From assembly GCF_006345805.1 (NCBI RefSeq), contig NC_043000.1:145266001-145330000 (forward strand): DNA of 64,000 nucleotides, written 5' to 3'. A program made the position numbers and the translations under genes. The notes beneath the pieces were generated by a model. The model was given only the letters and a program-made list of their open reading frames with translations, was not told the origin of the DNA and searched no databases. Positions 1-12,668 of this stretch are shown in pieces; the stretch's first letter is position 1; the number at the start of each line of letters is the position of its first letter. Source of the DNA: Octopus sinensis. Lineage: Eukaryota.

Positions 1-2100
1 TTAACATGTTGATGTCTTTAAAGAATCTAACGCGCTTTTCATACCTTATTTTCTTGTCGCCAATTTTATAACCATACCTTTTTTTCTGTTAAGTTAACTT
101 GTAGGAGGTATTAGGGCTATGCAGAAAATTAAAGGTGAAGGTTAGTCACCTTGAAAAATGCCACAGTTGATATTAATATCATGTTGTGCCGTCATTATTC
201 GATTAGAGTAGTATAATTGGAGATTCGTATGACGCATTGATATTTGTGATTCAGGAATCTTGAAATCTCAGGAGAAGTTTTGAAGATATCCAACGATTTC
301 AAGATCCAGCAATGTGGTTTGCTGCGAAGAAGTCTTTACAATCAATCCATGCAGAAGAACTAAGATTTCTGTGTTATGACAGTTCTCAAGAATCATGTGA
401 TTGGTTAAGAGTTTTCGCATCCCTTTGAGTCTCGCCGGCACCCTTTATGTACAGTGGGGAAAATATCGTTCTGTTCAACATTTTGTATGTTTTCTCCATG
501 AGGATGGATGTGAACATTCTATACATGTTATGAGCCGATAGTTTTGTAGAAATTTGGTTTTATTATTCTTCAGGAGGAGGTAAGTAATACCTCTTGCTAA
601 CCAATTGGATGTTTTTCGTAGTATCTCATAATTTCATTGAAAAATTTAACAAACTTTTCGTGTGCACACAGGATCGATGCGAGCCAGAAATCTGGTACCC
701 TATCATTACCAGAGGATTTCCACTAATAAGCCTACGTGGGTGTCTGGTAAGTTTTGGTAGGAGACTACTGTGTGTCTAATCCAGTCTGCATTTTCGTTGT
801 AAGTCTTTTCTTTACTGAAGATAATTTTCCAAACGTTTTCAACTTCTTCCATGACAGGAAGGCGGGGGAGTCATTATCGATTATTTTCTCTTTCCCTATT
901 TCTCTGTAGAATGTTTTCGCATTGGATGTAAAAAGGTTATTTTGTTTATAAAGCTTGTTTCTCTTCTCAAATCTTCGTATTCTTTGAGATTTCATTTGGA
1001 ATTTTTCTTGCAGCGTTTCATTTGCTGAACGAGTTCTCTTTGTGAAAATCTGTTTTCTCTTCATCTTTCTTCCTTTTCTGGCTTTTACATTGTTTCCATA
1101 GATTAGTTCATTTAATATTGATATTTCACCTCTCAGTATTTCAATCTCTTTTCCAATTTTACTTTTCCCTTTTGGAATTCTTCTCAGGTTTGTATTTCTT
1201 TGTTTTTGTTTTTTTTTCTTTCTTCAGCGGCATACAACTGGTTTCAATTGTCTTAGCAGCTGCATAAATAGTCTCATTTAATTCAATGTGATCTGGTTTT
1301 AGTTCTTGAATAATTTCCTTTCGTACATAGTTTTCAATTTTAATTTGTTTTCTATTTTGAATTGTATTTGAGAGCTTATGAAGTGGTTCCTTATTATGCA
1401 CATTGGTGCGTCTTACAACTGCAAGTTTTTCAGGATTTTCTGCTTCAGTTATATCAAAGACTCTCTGTGTTTTTCAGTTAATGTGCCGTCTTCAAATATT
1501 GTTTCTTTACTGCTTTCCTCGCTATGTTTATCAGGTTTATTACTGTTTATTTCTCCAGACCTTTGCCTATTCTAGTCAGATGGCAGTCTTTCAATTGAGA
1601 CTCATGGTGAGTTGCTTTCTTTGTTTCTCTTCTTCCTCGATAACTTATATTTAGATAATCTTTCGCTGCGTGCTTGATCGCAGTTATTTCATTATCTGTG
1701 AGTATTTTACTTATGAGGATATCCCTTTTAACACTAGCTAACTTGTTTTCGTCAAAATATAGTTTGCTGTCTTGATTTCGTATTCTCCATTTGTGATAAG
1801 AGAGTGCAGTATGTTTCTCTTCAGATGACCCCCCTAATGCATAGTAACAGTCGTATGTTACTTCTGTATATTCTTCTCGGATTCATTTGATCGTAGATAT
1901 TTCTTTCTATGGTGGCTGGTGTGATGAACTTGGGTGTCTTGGGTTGGAGCTCTTCCTATTCAAGTGACCATACAGGTTCGTATTCAGAGAAGAATTTGTG
2001 CCAGTGGATGACTTTTCAACCCGAGGATGGCACCCTCCTGAGGGACGCACTTCCAGATTAACCATTTGTTATATATTGCAGTTGTTATATATTGGCAGGT
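1..2100 (-). mobile_element. R4/Dong-clade non-LTR retrotransposon copy A: degenerate 5' part (N-terminal region to RT), continues beyond the window start
   Basis: The minus strand reads MVNLEVRP (ATG at 2065), then K*IREEYTEVTYDCYYA and WRIRNQDSKLYFDENKLASVKRDIL, then QRIRRFEKRNKLYKQN (ORF 765-1064) and RT INCGIFQGD*PSPLIFCIALIP near 100-175. It is collinear with copy B but clearly diverged, with many stops and frameshifts. Confidence 0.8.
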
Positions 2101-2328
2101 GCTTACCTTCTTAACTATTTTTTATTAATTTTTTATTGTGCATTAAATTGTGTTGTTACAATAAAAGGTATGTTTACATCTTCGAGTAGTCAGAGAGAAA
2201 AGTAAGGTAAAATATTCACACAAATTGCAAACATTAAAGATTTTAAATTTTCTAGAGATGATCTTTTGTATATCCGATCAGAGAAGACTGTAGTATTTTT
2301 CAATAAAAAAGGATGCTTACATTTTCGA

Positions 2329-2394
2329 ATTATTATTATTATTATTGTTATTATTATTATTATTATTATTATTTTATTATTATTATTATTATTA
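2329..2394. repeat. (ATT)n / (TAA)n array at the 3' end of copy B
   Basis: Direct inspection; abuts the A-rich 3' terminus of copy B. Confidence 0.95.
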
Positions 2395-5300
2395 CTTTTT
2401 TTTTCTTCTTTCAAATTTGCTTCCAATTCTTGCCGAGTGTCTTCCCGACTCCTAGGGCAAAGAAACTCATAGTATACATTGGTAGGCCATTAAACCAAAC
2501 TCAGTAGTTCGTTAATTTTTTTAATTTGTTTTTTTTAAGTTAAATTAAAATACATGAGCAGCAACAGTTCTCACATCGACAATGCTCTTCTCAATACGTG
2601 TGATGTACAAGTTAAGACAATCTTTTGCACTTCTTGCAGGGATGGTAAGCCAGGGATCATTCTCATATAATTTTCGGTTCCCTTCTTGATCATTCCGAGT
2701 GCTCCTACGATCACTGGTATTGTAACCACCTTGAGATGCCACATTTTCTCAATTTCAATGAGTAGGTCTTTATATTTTCTGAGCTTGTCAAACTCTTTCA
2801 CTGAGATATTATGATCACAGGGGATGCTCATGTCGATCAATAAGCAAACTTTATTGTTTTGGTCTTTCACAACAATATCTGGTTTATTGGCCTTGATGGT
2901 TCGGTCTGTATGTACTGGAAAGTCCCACAGAATGGTTACATTTTCTCCTTCAGTTACAGCCTCAGGGTGGTGATTATACCACTTGTCGGCAGTTTTGATA
3001 TTGTAATGCCGACTTATTAGCCAGTGGAGATATTGGCCAACTCTGTCATGTCTTAATTTATACTCCACTGGTGCTAAGACTTTACATCCAGAGATTAGGT
3101 GGTCCACTGTTTCAATCATGTCGTTGCAGAATCGGCATTTTGGGTCTGCTCCATTTTTCATCACATTGGCCTGGTAGTTCCGGGTTAATAGGCTTTGATC
3201 TTGAGCAGCCAGGATGAAACCTTCGCTCTCTGCTTTTAGCCCTGAGCTCCGTAGCCACTGATGGGTTTGCTTCTGGTCAACATCAGCTTGTTTGCTGCGG
3301 GTCACATATTTGCCGTGCAGAGGTTTCTCCTCCCACCTATCAGCCAATTGCTCGTGCGCTTTTTTCATTGACATCATTTTCACCTTCTTTGCAACAATAG
3401 TTGCCGTACTTCCCTCGGGTTGTTCAGTTTGGGTATCCTGCACGAGATCAATAGCAAATTTTCTGCTTTCCTTTATGATAGAATGAAGCTTCTTTCGTCT
3501 CTCGTGGTTTTCCACGAGCTTTAGCATCCAGTCATTCGATATTTCGAGCTATTTGGCCAGTCCAATTGTGGTTGTTTTGTAAGCTAGTTCAAATTGGATC
3601 AGGCCTCGACCTCCTTTGGCTCTGGGAAGGTAAAGGTGATCTACGTCTGCCTTTGGGTGGTGCATCCTATTACAACTCAGCAGCTTGCGTATTTTTCTAT
3701 CTATATTCTTTACTTCACTCATATTCCAGTTCAACACATTGTAGCTATAAGTAACAACTGGAACTGCTAAGGAATTTATAGCTAACACCTTGTTACGTGC
3801 ATTTAGTTCAGATTTCAAGACTGCACGAACTCTCCTATAACATTCCTTCCTGAATTTCTCTTTCATGCTTGCATGCTGAATACCAGAGCCTTCATTTATC
3901 CCTAAATATTTGTATGTTTGTTCTTCCTGAAGCTCTCTTATGACTGTGTCAACATCTAACACGACTGAATTTGTGGTCTTCAATTTCCGTTTCTGGAAAG
4001 TGGCCTTGGCACACTTCTCAAGTCCAGTCCAAACTCCATCCCGATGTCATCGCTGAATGCTTTCACGGTGCGCAATAAGCCTTCAAGTTCATTATTGTCT
4101 TTACCATAAAATTTTAAGTCATCCATATAAAATAGATGGCTTATGTTTTTTATTGGCAATTTTATACGCATACCTTGTTCTGTTTAATTCACTTGTAAGG
4201 GGTATTAGGGCTATGCAGAATATTAAAGGTGAAAGTGAGTCACCTTGTAAAATTCCGCAGTTGATGTTTATATTTTCTGAGGCAAGTACTCCATTAGAGT
4301 GGTATAGTTGGAGATTCGTATTCCACAACGACATATTGTGCTTCAGGAAGTTTGAAATCACAGGGGAAATTTTGAAGATGTCCAGCGATCTCAAGATCCA
4401 TTGATGCGGTATACTGTCGAAGGCCTTTTTGTAGTCAATCCATGCGGTGCTGAGATTTCTGCGCTTGTTGTGACAGTTCTCAAGGATCATACGATTGATT
4501 AGCAGTTGATCTTTGCATCCGTAAGAGCCTCGGCTGCACCCTTTTTGTTCAATGGGGAAAATATCGTTTTTCTCCATGAATGCATATGTTTTCTCCGCCA
4601 GGATAGATGTTAGGATTTTATACGTGGTGGATAGACAGGTTATAGGCCGATAGTTTTTTGGAAGGTTGGTTTCGTTATTCTCTGGGAGTAGGTAAGCAAT
4701 GCCACTTGCTAACCATTCAGGTGTTTTCTTTGGGTCTCTCATAATTCCATTGAGCAGCTGAACTAGCTTACCGTGTGCGCATGGGAGCGATGCGAGCCAG
4801 ACTTTCGGCACCCTATCTTTACCGGGGGATTTCCAATTATGGGCCTTCGTGAGTGCCTATCTTAGGTCTGCTATTGTGATGTCTTCCCATGCTTCTTGTT
4901 GTAAATTTTGGTAGGATCCTTCAGTTTGTATAATCCAGTCTGCATTTATGTTGTACGTCTTCTTGTCACTCCAAATCCTTTTCCAAAAGTTTTGAACTTC
5001 TTCCATGGGAAGGGGGTCTTTAACGGTTACTTTCTCCTTCCCTATTTCTCTGTAGAATTTTTTGGCATTGGATGTGAACAGCTTACTTTGCTTGTAAAAC
5101 TTGTTTCTCTTCTCAAATCTTCGTATTCTTTGGGCTTTTGCTTGGACTTTTTGTTTCAGCGTTTCTTTTATTGATATCAGTTCTTCTCTTGGTGAGGATC
5201 CACATTTTCTCTTCATCTTTCTTCCTGTTCTGGATCTTACATCATTTCCACATATTAGTTCATTTAATATTGATATTTCCCCTCTCATAAATTCAATCTC

Positions 5301-5522
5301 TTTTTCAATTTTACTTCTCCAGGTTTGATTTCTTCCCAGGTTTGGTTTTCTTTGTTTTTTCGGGGGCATACAGCTGGTTTAAATTGCCCTAGCAGAAGCG
5401 TAAATAATTTCATTTAACTCAGTAAAATCAGGTTTTAATTCTCGTATTATTTCATTTGTTACATAGTTGCCAATTTGGATTTGTTTTTTATTTTGGTTTG
5501 TATTTGAGAGTTTATGAAGTGG
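2395..5522 (-). mobile_element. R4/Dong-clade non-LTR retrotransposon copy B, 5'-truncated, RT + CCHC + RLE endonuclease
   Basis: Motifs seen: NWKSPGKD, YRPITCL, EQKGC, WIDYKKAFDS, GILQGDSLSP, YMDDLK (RT); CRFC..ETVDHLISGC and RHD (zinc knuckle); KPDIVV..D..IP..KEFDKLRKY..IPVIVGALG (RLE). Both ends join (TAA)n. Confidence 0.92.
2571..5369 (-). pseudogene. Disrupted RT-RLE ORF of copy B (ORF pieces 4857-5369, 4119-4811, 3980-4171, 3549-3983, 2571-3527)
   Basis: In-frame stops near 4858 and 3549; frameshifts near 4140 and 4030, the latter from a duplicated GGACT relative to copy C. Confidence 0.88.
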
Positions 5523-5523
5523 A

Positions 5524-5657
<134 letters not shown>

Positions 5658-7005
5658 CAGAGTACCCGATGCTTGATCCCACGATCACGTTACATCATGA
5701 GGTATTAAAGCAGCTTTACTTTATCTTCTTCTGCCAACACCTTATCAAACACCCATGCAAGTGGCAACCCACCAATACCTTAATGCACATCAGCAGCATC
5801 AACAATATTATTAAACCGATAGGCAACTCGACCTAAATTGAAAGGCAATCGCACGATACAAGGTGGTCAGTCAGAACTGACGTGAATTGAAAATCCAAAA
5901 TTATACAATGAACGAAGACAATAGGAACACCGCAGTACCTATACAAACATCCTATTCCTCGATTCCATCAACAACACTAAATGCAACAGTATTGACACCT
6001 CTACCAAACACCAACCATTTAATAACCAATTGGCAATAATACTTATGACTACAAATGTCTTACGTCGACGAATTGTTATATTTAGGTAAGCTTTTGTTTA
6101 GAACGTAAAGATTTTATCACTCAAATAAGTTGTGCAATAGGTGAAATGCCCAGAAACTTGGTATACATTTGTACAAACTAATCTAATTGAGTATATTCTA
6201 CACCCTCACTCCACGCTTTCGCATTATCTTTTCTTTCCTGTCAGCCATAGGAATAACAGGGCAATTATTCCTTCTCATAGTTCTATCCGGGATATTTTTT
6301 TGGTTACTACAGACTTGTGGTTGATAGATTGGAGGTCGCCGAACTTGTGTATCTACCTACAAATCAGGTTGTCCGGAAGGATGCCAAGAAGGGTGGTGAA
6401 AGCAGATGTGCGAAAAGGAGCCGCAAAAGGAAACTCTGGATAATAATGTTCGTGTCCTCAAAAGACTTGATGCATGACAAGTAGTCAGCCAGATTGCCAT
6501 AATGGTAAATCCGCTTACGTCTACCCGGGAAACAATAAGTGACAACAGAAAGAAAACTGAATAAGGTATCAAAAGTTTAGCGTTAATTTCTCTGTATCTA
6601 TTTTCCTTAACTGCAATGAGATTCTTAAAATCAGACAACTTTTCAGTGTATGGATCGAGAACTAACCGCGATGCGATGTGCCGGAAACCATATGTTGACA
6701 AACGATAGGACCAATGATACAACTAGAGAAATGAATGCAAAGAAAGACCGTTTCTGACTCGTATAACAAAGTTTATGTCCAGCACAATAAAATCACTGTT
6801 GAAGCTGATAACGCTGATACTCAGGCTGCAATTAGTTATCCAGAGTAGCTAACCAAACATTATTTCGAAATGTGGCTACACGCGAGATCAAGTATAAAAT
6901 GTTTATGAAGGTATGATTTCTGGAATCTGCAAGAGCATTTTAAGAGAATTCTTCAAGCTTTTGCACACAATCCAAAGCGATATGACGAGCCTTCATACAG
7001 ATCTA

Positions 7006-7088
<83 letters not shown>

Positions 7089-7089
7089 C

Positions 7090-7160
<71 letters not shown>

Positions 7161-7176
7161 TAATAATAATAATAAT
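7006..7176. repeat. (AAT)n microsatellite at the truncated 5' end of copy C
   Basis: Direct inspection; 2 bp AT microhomology at the junction (7175-7176). Confidence 0.97.
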
Positions 7177-8819
7177 CGGGATGGAGTTTGGACTTGAAAA
7201 GTGTGCCAAGGCCACTTTCCAGAAAGGGAAAGTGAAGACCACAAATTCAGTCGTGTTAGATGTTGACACAGTCATAAGAGAGCTTGAGCAAGAACAGACA
7301 TACAAATATTTAGGGATAAATGAAGGCTCTAGTATTCAGCATGCAAGCATGAAAGAGAAAATCAGGAAGGAATGTTATAGGAGAGTTCGTGCAGTCCTGA
7401 AATCTGAACTAAATGCACGTAACAAGGTGTTAGCTATAAATTCCTTAGCAGTTCCAGTTGTTACTTATAGCTACAATGTGTTGAACTGGAATATGAGTGA
7501 AGTAAAGAATATAGATAGAAAAATACGCAAGCTGCTGAGTTGTAATAGGATGCACCACCCAAAGGCAGACGTAGATCGCCTTTACCTTCCCAGAGCCAAA
7601 GGAGGTCGAGGCCTGATCCAATTTGAACTAGCTTACAAAACAACCACAATTGGACTGGCCAAATATCTCGAAATATCGAATGACTGGATGCTAAAGCTCG
7701 TGGAAAATCACGAGAGACGAAAGAAGCTTCATTCTATCATCAAGAAAAGCAAAAAAATTGCTATTGATCTCGTGCAGGATACCCAAACTGAACAACCCGA
7801 GGGAAGTACGGCAACTATTGTTGCAAAGAAGGTGAAAATGATGGCAATGAAAAAAGCGGACGAGCAATTGGCTGATAGGTGGGAGGAGAAACCTCTGCAC
7901 GGCAAATATGTGACCCGCAGCAAACAAGCTGATGTTGACCAGAAGCAAACCCATCAGTGGCTGCGGAGCTCAGGGCTAAAAGCAGAGAGCGAAGGTTTCA
8001 TCCTGGCTGCTCAAGACCAAAGCCTATTAACCCGGAACTACCAGGCCAATGTGATGAAAAATGGAGCAGACCCAAAATGCCGATTCTGCAACGACATGAT
8101 TGAAACAGTGGACCACCTAATCTCTGGATGTAAAGTCTTAGCACCAGTGGAGTATAAATTAAGACATGACAGAGTTGGCCAATATCTCCACTGGCTAATA
8201 AGTCGGCATTACAATATCAAAACTGCCGACAAGTGGTATAATCACCACCCTGAGGCTGTAACTGAAGGAGAAAATGTAACCATTCTGTGGGACTTTCCAG
8301 TACATACAGACTGAACCATCAAGGCCAATAAACCAGATATTGTTGTAAAAGACCAAAACAATAAAGTTTGCTTATTGATCGACATGAGCATCCCCTGTGA
8401 TCATAATATCTCAGCGAAAGAGTTTGACAAGCTCAGAAAATATAAAGACCTACTCATTGAAATTGAGAAAATGTGGCATCTCAAGGCGGTTACAATACCA
8501 GTGATCGTAGGAGCGCTAGGAATGATCAAGAAGGGAACCGAAAATTATATGAGAATGATCCCTGGCTTACCATCCCTGCAAGAAGTGCAAAAGATTGTCT
8601 TAACTGGTACATCACACGTATTGAGAAGAGCATTGTCGATGTGAGAACTGTTGCTGTTCATGTATTTTAATTTAACTTAAAAAAAAAAAAAAATGAACGA
8701 ACGAACTACTGAGTTTGGTTTAATGGCCTACCAATATACACTATGAGTTTCTTTGCCCTAGGAGTCGGGAAGACACTCGGCAAGAAATGGAAGAAAATTT
8801 GAAAGAAGAAAAAAAAAAG
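7175..8819 (+). mobile_element. R4/Dong-clade non-LTR retrotransposon copy C, 5'-truncated, same subfamily as B
   Basis: GMEFGLEKCAK, YKYLGI, RLYLPR..GGRGL, CRFC/HLISGC/RHD and the RLE motifs. About 95% identical to the reverse complement of B in a 145 bp sample, with the same 3' UTR. Confidence 0.93.
7177..8644 (+). pseudogene. C-terminal RT-thumb / CCHC / RLE ORF fragment of copy C
   Basis: ORFs 7058-8314 and 8375-8644 are in frame and separated by TGA at 8312, where copy B has CGA. Confidence 0.88.
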
Positions 8820-8851
8820 TAATAATAATAATAATAATAATAATGATGATG

Positions 8852-8918
<67 letters not shown>

Positions 8919-8937
8919 TAGTAATAATAATAATAAT
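8820..8937. repeat. (TAA)n tail / target array 3' of copy C
   Basis: Direct inspection. Confidence 0.95.
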
Positions 8938-8992
8938 TAGAAGAAGAAGAAAATTACATTCGTAATTAATATGAAGAAAAGAATGAAAAAAC

Positions 8993-9025
<33 letters not shown>

Positions 9026-9139
9026 CTTAATCATGATCATGATTGCGTTGGAGAATCCACATAAAGCAGTGTGCTCACTGATTTTCTGTCGAACTTAGGA
9101 ATTAATACAAATGCATAAGGACATCAAAAGACAAATAGC

Positions 9140-9256
9140 GAGTGGGTGAATGAGTAAGTGAGTGAGCGAGCGAGCGAGTGAAAGACTGAGTGAGTTGATG
9201 AGTGAGTGAGTGAGTGAGTGAGTGAGTGGGTGGGTGAGTGAGTGAGTGAGTGAGTG
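9140..9256. repeat. (GAGT)n microsatellite
   Basis: Direct inspection. Confidence 0.9.
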
Positions 9257-10384
9257 TGTGATGAGCGTCACGTTAAATGATAGTGGGAGAAATGATTAGT
9301 TATTTATCGCACTTAGCTGAATTGTTAACAGGTGAAAAGTGCGTGAGAGCTGCGAACTTTACTATGTGCGTGGTGATAAAAACAAACAAAAAATCCAAAT
9401 TAAATACAATTTCATATAAATCTCTTAATATTTTATAATATTTTAATCTTTTTGTAAATGTAATATCACAAGTTTTAATTAAATTTTTTTAACTATAATT
9501 AAAACACTCAGCACTATCTCCCAACAGGTGTACAAACGATTCCTTATCATCCGTCGCTGAAAGGATATGTGAGACGTAAGCGAGAATGTAATTAGTTTTG
9601 TTATCTAAAAAATAAACAAATCTTTGCTTATCCAATATCAAGATTGAAGTAAAAAAATATTCAATGATGATAATATGAATGAAAACCATGCACTCACATA
9701 GCACTCAGACTAGCGGGAAAAATATTTGTAAATGCATCACCATGTATTGCATAGACCAGAAAGATTAAAAGGTAAAGTCAACGACAGCAGAAGGTGAGCT
9801 CAGAAAAGAAGGATGCTTACCCCTTTTGAACAGTATGAAATGTTACTGAGTTATATCAATCGAAGGAATAAATCCTTGAAAATGATCAAGTGTATGTCCA
9901 TGGATACTAGATACTACACATTACAATCAACTCAGGAATACTGACAGTAATCTTAATGGGCATGCGACTTCTGGAAACGTCCATAGCGATGCATTAGCTG
10001 CTTATAATTTCCATCTAAAACATCCCGAATGATTGCTGTCACATAACCTCAAAACTAACTTCTGACAAATTAGTTAGTAATATATGTATTTAACTATTAG
10101 AGGTGCATGTTACTATCAGTAGATAATCCTTCCATAGTTAAGTATATAATCACCTCTATAGTCCAGTTCATTCGCAATAAATTTCGTGGTACCTGTATAC
10201 GGTGTTAGTGGAAATCATATCGAAGACAATTTCAAAATATAAGCGAAAAGTGGGACATATTTAAGTACTTGCTATATACTTAAGTATCACTAAGCGTCCT
10301 TACAATTCGGCGAGAGACATGTACTGTCACATTTACAAATTATTGATCCTTATATTTAAGATCAATAAAATTCCCAATAAATGT

Positions 10385-10760
10385 GAAGTTCAGCCCAAGG
10401 AAAACAAAGGAACCCCACGACTCCTGTCACTGAGATATGCAAGGGCATCCCAGGCAGGCGCATCTAGCCACCTCGTCCCGAAAGTGAAATACGCATTCGC
10501 CATCTCCACTCGAATCATCAGAGACAGCTTCCTCTCTTCCCATTTCTAAGTAAAATTGCCCACCATGTATATCACCTCCTCTCTGTTCCTCTCCACCTAG
10601 ATGTCAGGACCAAACGAGAGAGTGATAAAATTTTAACTGGTCCTTCAACCGAGCGCCCCATGAAGATATTGGACTGCATTGACATGCATCTGCAAGTTCC
10701 GAGCTGCAGACCAGCAGACTCTTCCTGGTTAATCATAGGTCCTTTCACATAGCTTCGTAT
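10385..10760 (-). mobile_element. Degenerate L1/Tx1-clade LINE fragment (RT C-terminal region)
   Basis: Frameshifted translation INQEESAGLQLG..EGPVKIL..FGPDI*VERNREEV..KWEERKLSLMIRVEMANAY resembles the Tx1-type pattern INxEKSxGLxLG..GPVxILGVWFGPD..W..RxLSL (recalled, not searched). Confidence 0.6.
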
Positions 10761-10939
10761 TCCTTTAGACTAATGCCAATCACCTTGACTGAAAGATTGT
10801 TCGTGACAGTGTTCTCGCTAATGTTCTTCCTGCTTTTGTTGCCAATGTTCTGTTTTATAGTTTCTATCATGGTAATAGTGGTGTTGAAATTTTTAACAGC
10901 GAAAAATTAGCTTCATACATTTCGCACGGTGTGTTTTTG

Positions 10940-11385
10940 TTGATGTTTCTGCTGTAGCTGCGGCTTTGTTGCTGTTATTGTTGCTGTAGTGGTTCTTGTT
11001 GTTGTTGCTGTTGTCGTTGTTGTTTTTAGTTAGTTAATTTTTTGGCTCAAAAAGCAAAAGGCAAGGCCATGTAGGGGGACATGGAGTTATGTACAGGATG
11101 GTGTTCATGTAAAGATTTCAGGCCACTTGTGGTCAAGGGAGAACCGAGATGTCGTCGGCATCTTCAACATCTCGTCCGGCAGCTTATTCCACGGATCCGT
11201 AACCCGGACGGAGAAAGCCCCTCTCCTTCGATTGAGATGAAATTGTTGCAGATAGAGCTTTTCGGGATGACCCCGCAGCCGACGCTCTGGAGCAGGAGTG
11301 AAGAACAGCTCTTTCGAGAGGTTACACTTTCCGCCTATGCTGTTGTGAGCAAGAATGAGATCACCACGGCGTCGTCGTTTTTCTA
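10940..11385 (-). mobile_element. CR1-clade LINE 3' end with (AAC)n-like tail
   Basis: Minus-strand RRRGDLIL..RRLRGHPEKL..RRRAFSVRVTDPWNKLP..LDHKW is the typical CR1 ORF2 C-terminus; it is followed by TAACTAACT and (CAA)n. Confidence 0.8.
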
Positions 11386-11399
11386 GAGAATAAACCTCG

Positions 11400-11560
11400 A
11401 GCGTTGTTGTCGTTGTTGCTGTTGTTGTTGTTGTCTTCCTCCTCCTCCTCCTTCTTCTTCTTCTTCTTCTTCTTCTTCTTCTTCGTCTTCTTCATCTTCT
11501 TCTCTTCTTCTTTTTCTTCTTTCTCTTCTCCTCCTCCTCCTCCTTTTTTTTGCTGCTGCT
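11400..11560. repeat. Compound trinucleotide microsatellite (GTT/CCT/CTT)
   Basis: Direct inspection; explains the low-complexity ORFs 11383-11574 and 11404-11676. Confidence 0.9.
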
Positions 11561-12342
11561 GCGGTTACTCTCACGGATTTTACAATTTTGCTTGTCTGTT
11601 CTACGAGTACGTAGATGCTCTTTTCAAAGGACGAGCATTACTCGTGCGCCATCTTTATTGTAAACAAATATTGTGAGGCGTCTTTGTTAAACAAAACCCT
11701 AACTTAGCCTCTAAGGGCAACAGATGAAGACAGCTAACCAGCACGCAAAGATTCTGGTTTATCTTAAAATGATAATAAATTCACTTCAAAATAACAATGT
11801 AACAACAGAAATGATTTCAAACTTACGGAAAAGAAATGCAATATATGCCAATAGACAAACAAACACTATTATGATAATAATGCTTATAACGGATTTTTTA
11901 AAATACACTCATTATCGCTGTGATCACCATGTAGGCAATCATCGAAATTTTTGTTCGTTTTGTGGTTGAGAGAGGCTCCTTATCTTTCCCGATGAGAAGA
12001 TTGCATAATGTACCTTTTATTCCTTCGGAATAAAAATATGCTGCTTTCGAAACATATGGCGAGAGTAAAGGAATTTTGTTAACATCTTCGTTCGACTCCA
12101 TTCTTTCATTCATTTATATAACGCACAAATTTCTACACAAGAAACCGGAGTTTCTACCCTTGACAGGTTGCTTCAACCGTGTTTTCTGACGTGAATTTGC
12201 TACCCAGGTATCGGTTAAACGAATTATCCATGCTGACGATAAACATAGGATAATTCATTCACCTACTTAAATATGTATATATATATATATGAAAAAACAA
12301 GTCAAAATAGAAAATGCTAAAATAATTTTATAAAGAACATTT

Positions 12343-12380
12343 CAGTACTGGTTTCGGTCATTTTGAGACCTTTTCAACTG
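12343..12380 (-). ncRNA. Hammerhead-like motif, mirror copy (stem III GAAAC-CA-GTA)
   Basis: Reverse complement of the right-arm motif, with one substitution that breaks the ACCGGT palindrome. Confidence 0.45.
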
Positions 12381-12630
12381 TAACGATTAAATAATTAAAT
12401 TTAGAAAAATTAAAAGAAAAGTTTTTTTAAAGGAATATTTGTATAGTGTACAAATATAAGTGGCATTCTGCCTTTCTCTGTCTCCCTTGTTTGCACTTGT
12501 GTGTTCGCGGCTGTGTGCAAACAAGGGAGACAGAGAAAGGCAGAATGCCACTTATATTTGTACACTATACAAATATTCCTTTAAAAAAACTTTTCTTTTA
12601 ATTTTTCTAAATTTAATTATTTAATCGTTA

Positions 12631-12668
12631 CAGTTGAAAAGGTCTCAAAATGACCGAAACCGGTACTG
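12631..12668 (+). ncRNA. Minimal type I hammerhead ribozyme motif, U3-A8 core variant
   Basis: CAG | TTGAAAA | GGTC-tcaaaat-GACC | GAAA | C-cg-GTA | CTG, i.e. stem I, core, stem II, GAAA, palindromic stem III, GUA cleavage triplet, stem I. Confidence 0.62.

Noticed and set aside
1990-2065. HDV-like ribozyme at the 5' end of copy A (GCC-ATCCTCG-GGT resembles P3/L3)
   Set aside because: No P1 partner, no GG for P1.1 and no P2 could be found.
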